From Candidatus Hydrogenedentota bacterium (GTDB taxonomy: Bacteria > Hydrogenedentota > Hydrogenedentia > Hydrogenedentales > SLHB01): DNA of 64,000 bases. Below, one piece after another: positions 48,425 to 57,658 of this stretch. The notes beneath the pieces are model-generated. The model was given only the letters and a program-made list of their open reading frames with translations, ran no database searches and had not been told where the DNA came from. The position numbers and the translations under genes are program-made. Where the stretch lies: positions 1,088,001 to 1,152,000 of the forward strand of contig CAXXTH010000017.1 of NCBI GenBank assembly GCA_963668025.2. The letters are read 5' to 3'. Positions within the stretch are counted from its first letter, which is position 1. Every line of letters begins with the position of its first letter.

Positions 48425-50206
48425 TCATTCTTCCACGGTAATCACCGCGCCATGGCGGCATACCTGCACGCATAGGCCGCAACCGCTGCATAAGTATTCG
48501 CTGATATGCGGCTTGCCATTGCCGCCCTCGATAGCGGGACAACCCAGCTTCAAGCATAAACGGCAGCCCTCGCATTTTTCCTCATCGATTGCTTTGCGCA
48601 CGCCCACGGGCTTGTGTTCATGTAATGGGCACGGGGCCACCGAGACGATGAGCGAGGGCTCGTCCGCCTCTATCTCTTCCGTAATGACCTTGAGCGTGTT
48701 TTCGAGGTCATAGGGATTAATCACCTGGACCCGTTTGATGCCGCAGGCCCGGCCGATTTCCGCGATGGACGCCTCGCCGGTTTTCTCGCCCATGAGCGTG
48801 CGGCCCGTGCCGGGATGGTCTTGATGGCCCGTCATGGCCGTCGTGCGGTTGTCCACCACGATGATGGTGGATTTGCCCTTGTTGTACGCAATATCGAGCA
48901 GGGCCGTGACGCCCGAGTGGAAAAACGTCGAGTCGCCGACGATCCCGACGACCTTCTCCGGTTCGCCTGCCTTATCCATGCCATGGGCCATCGAGATGCC
49001 GCCGCCCATGCAGAGAATGACATCTATGCGGTCGAGCGGCTTGAATACGCCAAGGCTGTAGCAGCCGATATCGCCCGTCACCACCACATCGTGCCGCCCT
49101 AGCGCCCAAAACACCCCGCGATGGGGGCAGCCCGGGCACAGCACCGGCGGGCGGGCAGGCAAGCCCTGCGCATAAGCGGGCGGTTCTGACACCGACGGTT
49201 TCGCCCCTTCCATCCGCGCCCGCGCCGTGCGAAGCACGGTGGGCGACAATTCACCCACGCCCGGTATAAATGCCTGGCCCGCACAGGTAATACCCATAGC
49301 CAGGACATGCTCCTCCAAAAAGTCGTCGAGTTCCTCGACAACCAGCACCCGCTCGACGCCCGACGCGAACTCACGAATCAGGGCGTCCGGAAAAGGATAG
49401 GAAAAACCGAGCTTCAAAACAGACGCATCAGGCCAGACTTCGCGCACATATTGGTAAGCGATGCCCGGGGCGATGATGCCCAGGCCTTTGTCGCGCCATT
49501 CGATCCGGTTCGCCTTCGAGCGCGACGCTTCACCCTCGAGATTGGCCAGGCGCGTCTCGAGGTTCCGCCGCATCACGCGCCCCCAGATCGGGATCGGCAC
49601 ATGGCGCGGCGGATCCTTTATAAATCCAATTTCCCGGTCCAATTCCACCCGTTCGCCCAGTTCGACAAGGCTTTTCGAGTGGCTCACGCGCGTCGTGCTG
49701 CGCAAGATCACCGGCGTGCGGTAGGCTTCCGAGAGTTCGAGCGCTAGGCGGAGAAAATCCTTGGCTTCCTGCGAATCCGAAGGCTCGAAGATGGGGATCT
49801 TGGCGAACCGGGCGTAATGCCGCGTATCTTGTTCCGTCTGGGATGAATGCATGCCCGGGTCGTCGGCCACGCACGCCACGAATCCGCCTTCAACACCGAT
49901 ATAACTGAGCGTCATCAGCGGATCCGCGGCCACATTCAATCCGACATGCTTCATGGTTACGATGACCCGCGCGCCGCATAACGAAGCGCCCGCCGCCACC
50001 TCGAAGGCCACCTTCTCGTTGGGCGACCACTCGCAATAAATAACGTCTTTATATTCAACCGCCTTCTCGAGGATCTCGGTCGAGGGCGTTCCAGGATAGC
50101 CCGTGGCGACGGTTACTCCCGCCTCGAAAGCTCCCCGGCCTATCGCTTCATTACCCGATAATAACTCAAACAAACGTTTGCCTCCTTCGCATGGGATTCG
50201 CGCCAA
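48425..50206 (-). CDS. iorA: Indolepyruvate:ferredoxin oxidoreductase alpha subunit
   Basis: GYPGTPSTE, MKHVGLNVAAD, LCPGCPHR, GDIGCY, GDSTFFHSG, two ferredoxin motifs. Exact start uncertain. Confidence 0.94.
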   Translation of the reverse strand: MARIPCEGGKRLFELLSGNEAIGRGAFEAGVTVATGYPGTPSTEILEKAVEYKDVIYCEWSPNEKVAFEVAAGASLCGARVIVTMKHVGLNVAADPLMTLSYIGVEGGFVACVADDPGMHSSQTEQDTRHYARFAKIPIFEPSDSQEAKDFLRLALELSEAYRTPVILRSTTRVSHSKSLVELGERVELDREIGFIKDPPRHVPIPIWGRVMRRNLETRLANLEGEASRSKANRIEWRDKGLGIIAPGIAYQYVREVWPDASVLKLGFSYPFPDALIREFASGVERVLVVEELDDFLEEHVLAMGITCAGQAFIPGVGELSPTVLRTARARMEGAKPSVSEPPAYAQGLPARPPVLCPGCPHRGVFWALGRHDVVVTGDIGCYSLGVFKPLDRIDVILCMGGGISMAHGMDKAGEPEKVVGIVGDSTFFHSGVTALLDIAYNKGKSTIIVVDNRTTAMTGHQDHPGTGRTLMGEKTGEASIAEIGRACGIKRVQVINPYDLENTLKVITEEIEADEPSLIVSVAPCPLHEHKPVGVRKAIDEEKCEGCRLCLKLGCPAIEGGNGKPHISEYLCSGCGLCVQVCRHGAVITVEE

Positions 50207-50321
50207 GCAGTGGGAAGTTAGTTATAACATCTCGGGCGGCGCACTTTCTAGCAGGGAAGAATGGAGGGAAGGATGGAGCAATATTACAATAATATATCAC
50301 TTTTTATTTGGATGGCGTGCT

Positions 50322-51254
50322 TCACGCGTGCGGGTGGGTCTCCCGGTACACTTGCTTCAAGCGGTCAATGCTGACATGCGTATAGATCTGCGTGCTCGAT
50401 AGGCTCTCATGGCCCAGCAATTCCTGGACAACCCGGAGATCGGCCCCTGCATCGAGCAGGTGCGTGGCGAAGGTGTGCCGCAAGGTATGGGGCGAAATCT
50501 CATGGCGCGTGGGCAACACTTGGCGGACATACCGTTCGACGATGCGCTGGACGCTGCGCGTCGTGAGGGGGCCGCCCCGGGCGTTGACGAACAAAACCGG
50601 GTGGCTTGGCGCGCTTAGCCAGCCTCGAATGCCCAGATAATCATGGATGGCCGCAACGGCTGGACTGCCCAAATAAGCGATGCGCTCCTTGCGCCTTTTG
50701 CCTAGCACCCGCATGGTTCCGCCATCAAGATCGATATCTCCCAGCTTGAGCCCCGCCAGCTCCGCCGCCCGGATGCCGCTCGAGTAGAGCGTTTCGAGCA
50801 ACGCCCGGTCTCGTTTGCCCAGCGGCGTGGAGGTGTCGGGGGCCTCGATCAGGGCCGTCACTTCGGGAATGCTCAATACATCCGGCAGATTTTTCCCGAG
50901 CTTGGGCGCTTTCACGCTGGCGGCGGGATTCTCGCCAAGGCTCCCGATGCGCGTGAAAAAACGGTAGGCGGCGCGAATGGCGGCCAGTTTGCGGGCCGAG
51001 GTGCGCGGCGTGCCGCCATGGGTCTGCACATGGGCGAGGAAGGCGCGGATGTCGTTGCGCTGCGCCCGCCGCAGCGTATCGAGTGAGGCGGGCGGGCGTT
51101 CTCCTTCTTCACGCTCGAACGCGGCGGGGCCATGGGCGGCATAATCGCAAAACTGATTCAAATCGTTAATATAGGCGCGCAGGGTATGCACCGAATACCC
51201 GCGTTCCCCTTGCAGGTAATCCTCGAACTGCTGTAACACATCGCTGTTCCGCAT
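50322..51254 (-). CDS. xerC: Tyrosine recombinase XerC
   Basis: RDRALLETLYSSGIR, HTLRHTFATHLLDAGADLRVVQELLGH...TQIYTHV. Confidence 0.88.
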   Translation of the reverse strand: MRNSDVLQQFEDYLQGERGYSVHTLRAYINDLNQFCDYAAHGPAAFEREEGERPPASLDTLRRAQRNDIRAFLAHVQTHGGTPRTSARKLAAIRAAYRFFTRIGSLGENPAASVKAPKLGKNLPDVLSIPEVTALIEAPDTSTPLGKRDRALLETLYSSGIRAAELAGLKLGDIDLDGGTMRVLGKRRKERIAYLGSPAVAAIHDYLGIRGWLSAPSHPVLFVNARGGPLTTRSVQRIVERYVRQVLPTRHEISPHTLRHTFATHLLDAGADLRVVQELLGHESLSSTQIYTHVSIDRLKQVYRETHPHA

Positions 51255-51269
51255 ACGGGCGCACGCCCT

Positions 51270-52328
51270 CTATTTGTACAAGCTGCTGATTTCCACGGCC
51301 TTGCCGGTCCGGGCGGACTTATAAATGGCGTTGGCCACCACTACGCTGTGTTTGGCGCTCGATATGGGGATTAGCGGCTCCCGGTCGTTGCGGACCGCCT
51401 TCACCATATCCTCGAAAATCACCACGTGCCCGGCGAACGACACCGCCATGGGGTCCTTGGCGACGGCGGCGTCGTGCGAGGCGGAACTGAATAAACCCAG
51501 CATGCGCTCGCGCTCTTTTTCCACACCCATCGCATACGATTCCAATACGCTGCCGCGCCGGACAAACGAGCCTTTTGTCCCATACATGTAGATGCGTTGT
51601 TCGCTCTCGGGCACCGCACAAGTAGTCGAGGCGAACGTACCCAGCGCGCCATTTTCGAATTCGAGGGCCGCCGCGGTTTGGTCTTCCGCCTCGATGTGAT
51701 GGTTGTGGATGCCGAAAAATGCCGCCACACGCCTGACCGGTCCGGCAAGCCAAGCGACGAGATCGAGCGTGTGGATGCCCTGGTTCATCAGGCTGCCGCC
51801 GCCATCGAGTTTCCAGGTGCCATGCCACGCCCCATGGGGGCCTTCGTAATAGGCTTGCGCGCGAAACCAGGGCAGATGGCCATGAACGCCGATGAGCTGG
51901 CCCATTTGGCCCTTATCGATGGCCTTCTTGAGCAATACATTGCACGCATCCACGCGGGATTGAAAAATACAGCCGCATTTGAGCCCTGTTTCCGCCACGG
52001 CGTCCTCGAGCAGCTTGATACGCGCGGGCGTGATATCCACGGGCTTCTCGACGACAATATGCTTGCCCGCCCGCAACGCCTCGACGCCCATGGCGGCATG
52101 CTTGCCGCTTTCGACAGCGATGCTGATCACATCAATGCTTGTATCCTTCAGCAATTCCGAATACCGGCTGTATCCTTTACATCCGTGCTGTTTAGAAATG
52201 CACTCCAGGCGCTCTGCGTCATAATCGCATACGGCCGCAAGGCGGGCCCCATTGGCGCGCTCGAGTGCGTTGCAGTGATGGCCTCCCATCCCCAGGCCCA
52301 CGACGGCGAATTGAATATCTTTTGGCAT
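51270..52328 (-). CDS. Gfo/Idh/MocA family oxidoreductase
   Basis: VVGLGMG, GKHIVVEKP, DGGGSLMNQGIHTLD. Confidence 0.9.
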   Translation of the reverse strand: MPKDIQFAVVGLGMGGHHCNALERANGARLAAVCDYDAERLECISKQHGCKGYSRYSELLKDTSIDVISIAVESGKHAAMGVEALRAGKHIVVEKPVDITPARIKLLEDAVAETGLKCGCIFQSRVDACNVLLKKAIDKGQMGQLIGVHGHLPWFRAQAYYEGPHGAWHGTWKLDGGGSLMNQGIHTLDLVAWLAGPVRRVAAFFGIHNHHIEAEDQTAAALEFENGALGTFASTTCAVPESEQRIYMYGTKGSFVRRGSVLESYAMGVEKERERMLGLFSSASHDAAVAKDPMAVSFAGHVVIFEDMVKAVRNDREPLIPISSAKHSVVVANAIYKSARTGKAVEISSLYK

Positions 52329-52574
52329 GTTATGCGGCGCTCCCCGGTTCCGGCATACAAAGCATCCTTGCAATATCTCCATATCCCATCCGGTGATTTG
52401 GAGTTTTACAGCTTTACAATAGGGCAACGCAGGTATCTGATCAAGCGCCGTTTATAGTGCTGGATACACCGCGTTACTGTTCCCCTGCACTTCACGCGAA
52501 GAGCGAAGCCGTGTAGAACGCTACGGTTCAAAGCGCGGCATAATCCCATCAACAGAGAACCGGATGGCGGGAGT

Positions 52575-52657
52575 TTTCATTCATGTCATGTCATGTAATG
52601 AAATGATTCATGTTCGTAACAAACATTATTGACATTTAACGAACACCGGACTATAGT
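52575..52657 (+). promoter_or_regulatory. Sigma70 promoter with upstream operator-like repeat
   Basis: TTGACA (52629), 17 bp spacer, TATAGT (52652); upstream TTTCAT-TCATG-TCATG-TCATG-TA-ATGAAA. Confidence 0.65.
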
Positions 52658-52716
52658 CAATCTCGATCAGGCATAACAACAGGCCTTCCACCGGCAACAG
52701 AGGAGGAGTTCGTGCA

Positions 52717-53916
52717 ATGAAACATTGGATTTCCCGTCGTTCTTTCTTGAAGGGCGCCGCTATAGGCGCAGGTGTTGTGGCCGTGGGCGGCAAGGCAATC
52801 GCGGAAAACAAGCCGATACAGGGCTTTGAAGATACGAAAAGCAACACCGATACAAACAAGGCGTGGACGCCGGTGTCGGACCGCAAGATCCGTATGGGGA
52901 TTGTTGGTTTCGGAGTGTGCCAGTTCGGAGCAGCGTTTGAATTGCAAAACCATCCCAACGTGGAAGTCGTTGCCGTCAGCGATCTGATTCCCGAGCGCTG
53001 CCAAGGATTAGCGGCGGCATGCCGTTGCAACAAGACGTATCCTTCCCTCGAAGAACTGGTGAAAGATCCCAGCATCGAAGCGGTATTCGTCGCGACGGAC
53101 GCCGCCAGCCATGCCAAACATTGCATCGATGTATTGAAGCACGGCAAGCATGTGGCCAGCGCGGTGCCCGCTGTATTTGGCTCGCTCGAAGATGCGGACC
53201 GCCTGTACGAAGCGGTCAAATCGTCTGGACTGAATTATATGATGTTCGAGACGTCCTCCTTCCACGATGATTGCTATGCCATGCGCGAGATCTACAATAT
53301 GGGCGGTTTCGGGAAGATGGTATACACCGAGGGTGAATATTTCCATTACATGCCTGAGCCGATTGATTCCTACAAAGGATGGCGCGTGGGTTTGCCGCCC
53401 CAATGGTATCCTACCCATTCCAACGCCTATTACGTAGCCGTCACCGGCGGTAGTTTCACCGAAGTCTCCTGTATGGGCATGCCAAGCATTGTTTCCCATC
53501 TGCAACCAGCCAACAATCCCTACAAGAATTCGTTCGGCACGGAAATCGCCTTGTTCCGCACGAGCGAGGGCGGCATGGCGCGCATGGCGGTCAGTTGGGA
53601 CACGGCAGGCCACGGGGGAGAGATAGGGCGTGTGCGCGGGCAAAAGGGCTCGATGATAAACCTGGCCTATGATGGCATCGAAGACATTTCCAGTGTGAAC
53701 CTAGCCAAACCGCCGCTGCCGCCTACGGTGGCGCCTGGCGGCCATGGCGGAGCGCACGGCTATCTCGGCAATGAATTCGTGATGTCTATCCTGGAGGAAC
53801 GCGCGCCGTTGGTGAACATCGCTTGGGCCTTAAATATGACCGTGGCGGGAATTGTCGCCCACCAGTCCGCGCTGAAGGACGGCAAACTGCTCAAGATCCC
53901 ACAATACAAATTCTAG
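52717..53916 (+). CDS. Tat-exported Gfo/Idh/MocA family protein
   Basis: SRRSFLK twin-arginine signal, Rossmann fold, GGHGGAH. Confidence 0.88.
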   Translation: MKHWISRRSFLKGAAIGAGVVAVGGKAIAENKPIQGFEDTKSNTDTNKAWTPVSDRKIRMGIVGFGVCQFGAAFELQNHPNVEVVAVSDLIPERCQGLAAACRCNKTYPSLEELVKDPSIEAVFVATDAASHAKHCIDVLKHGKHVASAVPAVFGSLEDADRLYEAVKSSGLNYMMFETSSFHDDCYAMREIYNMGGFGKMVYTEGEYFHYMPEPIDSYKGWRVGLPPQWYPTHSNAYYVAVTGGSFTEVSCMGMPSIVSHLQPANNPYKNSFGTEIALFRTSEGGMARMAVSWDTAGHGGEIGRVRGQKGSMINLAYDGIEDISSVNLAKPPLPPTVAPGGHGGAHGYLGNEFVMSILEERAPLVNIAWALNMTVAGIVAHQSALKDGKLLKIPQYKF

Positions 53917-54243
53917 AAAAGACATCCGGATCTAGGGCGGAAAGATTCGTCGGGAAGAGTTTGCAGATTTTTAGACCACGGATTATAAAATACCGGAGAA
54001 GAGGGCAGCCATGCCTCGCCTATAAGGTGAGACGTGGCTTGCGCTTTTAAATTTGAGAATCACGCGTACTACTTATATGCAATAACGTCGATTTCTTGAG
54101 AGGATTTCCCTGAGAAACCATTGCATATCAAATAGGTATGCCGGGATTATATAGGCGTGTTCCTTGAGTGGTTGGGCAAGCCCCACCTTGCAAAAATTAG
54201 TGTATTTCGTGAATAGGATTCATAAGGCTTTGCCTTGATCCGG

Positions 54244-54438
54244 TTAGCGGATATCGGCATCGAGCCTGTTCAGCAAGGACAGCAGCCCCTTATCCCGCTT
54301 GAGCATGGTGGCGTATAGTCCATGGGCTAATAGCTTTTCCTCCGCCTCAATAGGTGTCCGGGCCACGACGACGCCGCCGACAAAAGATTTCTCTTTGTCG
54401 TTTTCGACGCGTATCGCTTGATATTCGAATGACGCCAT
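54244..54438 (-). CDS. Small protein resembling the PilC/GspF N-terminal domain
   Basis: MASFEYQA...GGVVVARTPIEAEEKLLAHGLY. Confidence 0.55.
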   Translation of the reverse strand: MASFEYQAIRVENDKEKSFVGGVVVARTPIEAEEKLLAHGLYATMLKRDKGLLSLLNRLDADIR

Positions 54439-54548
54439 GCCGCTGCCTTTTTCCACTTAACACCTTTTTCGCCCATGCGTAAAAGGATTATACAGCACTT
54501 AACGTAAAAAGTACGAATTTTTTTTACGCAGCATTTTTTGATCATGAA

Positions 54549-55496
54549 TCAGGAAACCGTAAGGCCGAACTCCCCTCTGCGGGCTTGTGCGGCCAATGCT
54601 TGGAGTTGTGGGTAGGCATCTCCCCGGCCAATGGCGACGAGCATGGCCTCGTCATGCGGCCCCTCATCCGGACGCACCGTGAACGCGGCGGGCGACCAAT
54701 CGACATAACGCCAGGCGCCTTCCGAACGGATGAATCCTTTCACGCGGTATAAGGCCTCGCGCAGCGCGCTAAACTCTTTTCTTAATGCCTCGATATCCGT
54801 GTCGCTGGGGAAGCGCAGGGATGCCCGCGCATAATGGGGATCCGCGCATTTGGCATACTCCCCATCGAGTCCGCGAATAGCCCGTTCGCCAAAAAGGTCG
54901 ATGCTCCCCTCCCCAGCGCCTAGGGGCGCTTCGCAAAACCGCGTGCGGAATATGCGCATGCCCGGCCGGATGCGCGTGATCTCGGCTTCGGCGCGCGCCA
55001 GGATTTCCTCGTCGAACAGGTCTGATTTATTCAGCACCACCGCATCGCTCGCTTTCACCTGGGCGATGATATTGGGGAGGGTTTGCACCAGCACGGGGAA
55101 TGTCCCGGGGTCGGTGATGCTCACGATGCAGGAAAGCCGGTAGAGTTCATCCAAGTGGGTCTCGCGCAGCAATTTCTCGATCACGCCAGGATTGGCGACT
55201 CCACTGGCTTCAATGACGACGCCGTCAATGGGCGCGCCATCGCTATGGAAGCGTGCGGGAATGCTGGTCATGGCTTGCACGAACTCCGAGACAAGGCACG
55301 TGCAGAAAATGCTGCCGCCCGGCAATGCGAGGACGCCATCTTGCTGGGTGCTCAGCATTTGGCCGTCTACATCAGCTGGCGAAAATTCGTTGACGAGATA
55401 GATGAGTTTTCTTCCGCGAAAATGGGCGATCACCTGTTGAAGGAAGGTGGTTTTTCCACTGCCGAGAAAGCCGGTGATCAGTGCCGTCGGTATCAT
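54549..55496 (-). CDS. CobW/COG0523 GTPase metallochaperone
   Basis: TGFLGSGKTT, VNEF, GSIFCTC, IEASG, LNKSD, RVKGF. Confidence 0.9.
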   Translation of the reverse strand: MIPTALITGFLGSGKTTFLQQVIAHFRGRKLIYLVNEFSPADVDGQMLSTQQDGVLALPGGSIFCTCLVSEFVQAMTSIPARFHSDGAPIDGVVIEASGVANPGVIEKLLRETHLDELYRLSCIVSITDPGTFPVLVQTLPNIIAQVKASDAVVLNKSDLFDEEILARAEAEITRIRPGMRIFRTRFCEAPLGAGEGSIDLFGERAIRGLDGEYAKCADPHYARASLRFPSDTDIEALRKEFSALREALYRVKGFIRSEGAWRYVDWSPAAFTVRPDEGPHDEAMLVAIGRGDAYPQLQALAAQARRGEFGLTVS

Positions 55497-55754
55497 ATCG
55501 CACCCTCTGCGTTCCTATGCTGGCTTACGCCATGCCCAAGCATACCCGCAAGCATCCAATCGCTCCTGTTTTGGGCAGGTTTCGAGTGTTATATATAGCC
55601 ATCGCCCTCATCGGTTTTCAAAGCGTCGAATGGCCTGCACCTCATGTGTAGCATGGACAGTACTCACAGGTTCCGAAAAGAACCTTCGTTGACCGCTATG
55701 CCTTTTCGCGCTATCATCACTTTGGTGTGGGCCAAACGAGAGGAGAAAACAGCC

Positions 55755-57056
55755 ATGGCCAAGATCTGTTTTCTAGGAGCAGGCAGCACGGTCTTCGCAA
55801 AAAACGTGCTGGGTGATTCGTTATCGGTGGAGAGCCTGAAGGACGCCCAAATTGCTTTGCTGGACATCGACGGCGAACGGTTGCGGGTGTCTTACAAAAT
55901 GCTGCGCAATATCGACCAGACCCTTGGCGCGAATGCCTCCATCGAATCGTTCCTCGCCGGGGATGCGCGCAAGGCCCTTGCAGGCGCGGATTATATCGTC
56001 AACGCCATCCAGGTGGGCGGGTATAAGCCCGCGACAGTCATCGATTTCGAGATCCCGAAGAAGTATGGCCTGCGCCAAACCATCGCCGACACCCTTGGCA
56101 TCGGCGGCATTTTTCGCGGCCTGCGCACCATCCCCGTGATGCTCGAGTATGCCCGCATCATCGAGGAAGTCGCCCCGAATGCCCTGCTCCTGAATTACAC
56201 CAATCCCATGGCCATCCTTACCGGCGCACTGCTCAAAGGCGCTTCCGTACGCACCGTGGGCTTATGCCACAGCGTCCAGTGCTGCGCCAGCGGCCTTTGC
56301 TCGATGCTCGATCTGCCTCAAGACAGCCTTCGGTGGAAAATCGCGGGCATCAACCATCAAGGCTGGCTGCTCGATATTTCCCGCCATGGCGAGGATCTGT
56401 ATCCTGAAATCAAACGCCGCGCGGAACTGCCGGAAAACCGGGATAAAGACACGGTCCGCTTCGAGATCATGAAGCGCTTCGGGTATTACGTCACCGAATC
56501 GAGCGAGCATTCGAGCGAGTATATGCCTTGGTTCATCAAGAGCCACAAACCGCAGCTCATCGAGCAATACCACATACCCCTGGATGAGTATCCGCGCCGA
56601 TGCGTGCAGCAAATCGAAGGCTGGGCCAAAATGGAACAGCAGCTCACCACCGACCAGCCCCTTGTACACAAGCGCGGCCATGAATACGCTTCATATATCT
56701 TCGACGCTATCGAGACCGGCAAGCCCTATACCTTCGGCGGAAATGTGCTCAATAAGGGCCTTATCCCCAATTTGCCTAAAAACTGCTGCGTCGAGGTCAT
56801 GTGCGTCGCCGACCGCAGTGGGGTCACGCCAGCCTATGCGGGCTATCTGCCGCCTCAATGCGCCGCACTGAACCGAACCAACATCAATGTGCAAGAACTC
56901 ACCATTGAAGCGGCGCTCACCCTGCGCCGTGAACATATCTACCAAGCCGCCCTTCTCGATCCGCACACCGCCGCCGAATTGAGTGTGGATGAAATCGTGG
57001 CGTTGTGCGACGAGATGATCGAAGCACATGGCGATTATCTGCCAAAATATAAATAA
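55755..57056 (+). CDS. melA: Alpha-galactosidase, glycoside hydrolase family 4
   Basis: GAGSTVF, PKKYGLRQTIADT, NYTNP, GLCHS, AGINH, TESSEH. Confidence 0.92.
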   Translation: MAKICFLGAGSTVFAKNVLGDSLSVESLKDAQIALLDIDGERLRVSYKMLRNIDQTLGANASIESFLAGDARKALAGADYIVNAIQVGGYKPATVIDFEIPKKYGLRQTIADTLGIGGIFRGLRTIPVMLEYARIIEEVAPNALLLNYTNPMAILTGALLKGASVRTVGLCHSVQCCASGLCSMLDLPQDSLRWKIAGINHQGWLLDISRHGEDLYPEIKRRAELPENRDKDTVRFEIMKRFGYYVTESSEHSSEYMPWFIKSHKPQLIEQYHIPLDEYPRRCVQQIEGWAKMEQQLTTDQPLVHKRGHEYASYIFDAIETGKPYTFGGNVLNKGLIPNLPKNCCVEVMCVADRSGVTPAYAGYLPPQCAALNRTNINVQELTIEAALTLRREHIYQAALLDPHTAAELSVDEIVALCDEMIEAHGDYLPKYK

Positions 57057-57090
57057 GGATAACGTAACACTTTAGCCAAGCGGTGAAGAA

Positions 57091-57161
57091 TGACCGGCGA
57101 GGGCGCCGGTCCCACACATGACTTGCTAGAAAAAGTGTGGGACCGACGCCCTCGTCGGTCA
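57091..57161. repeat. REP-like palindrome doublet (GTGG type)
   Basis: GACCGGCGAGGGCGCCGGTC-CCAC ... GTGG-GACCGACGCCCTCGTCGGTC. Confidence 0.8.
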
Positions 57162-57658
57162 TCAGATGGAAAATGATGTATCAATACCAGTGCAAGGCAA
57201 TAAACAAGGCTGCCAAATACCAGATGCCGCTTCAGTCGGCTAAAGTGTTACAAGATAATATACTGGGAGCGACTACCGTTATTTGTTCTACTCGACCGTG
57301 GCTGGGTGTCTCGCCCATGCCACGGATGAGAACGCTCTAGGTTTCTATCCGCGCCCATGCCCCAACGCGGTCCGCCTTGCCGATATAAAGATGCTCCGGA
57401 TAATTTCCTTCGGGCCAATACACGGCTCAAGTCAGTATGCAAATATGTAGCAAATGAAGTATGGACGCATAAAGGCCGCTTTCTTTCAGACAAGGATGGG
57501 CAAAACGGAAAGGATTCCCCCGGATATCCTAAACATATATAAAGTAAAATAGCAGGCGATCCAGTAGCACTCATCGATTGGCTCGATTTCTGGGGCAAAG
57601 AAAAAACAGACGACCCGCAAGGATGTCGGTTCCACACTTCTCATTACTATTGGGGATG

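Noticed and set aside
50322-51254. Tyrosine recombinase as an integron or phage integrase serving the gene array
   Set aside because: Canonical XerC/D motifs and length, no IntI-specific insertion seen, housekeeping context, about 10 kb from the array.
57248-57637. Short ORFs between melA and the nuclease gene
   Set aside because: No recognisable motifs, and they overlap REP-like repeats.
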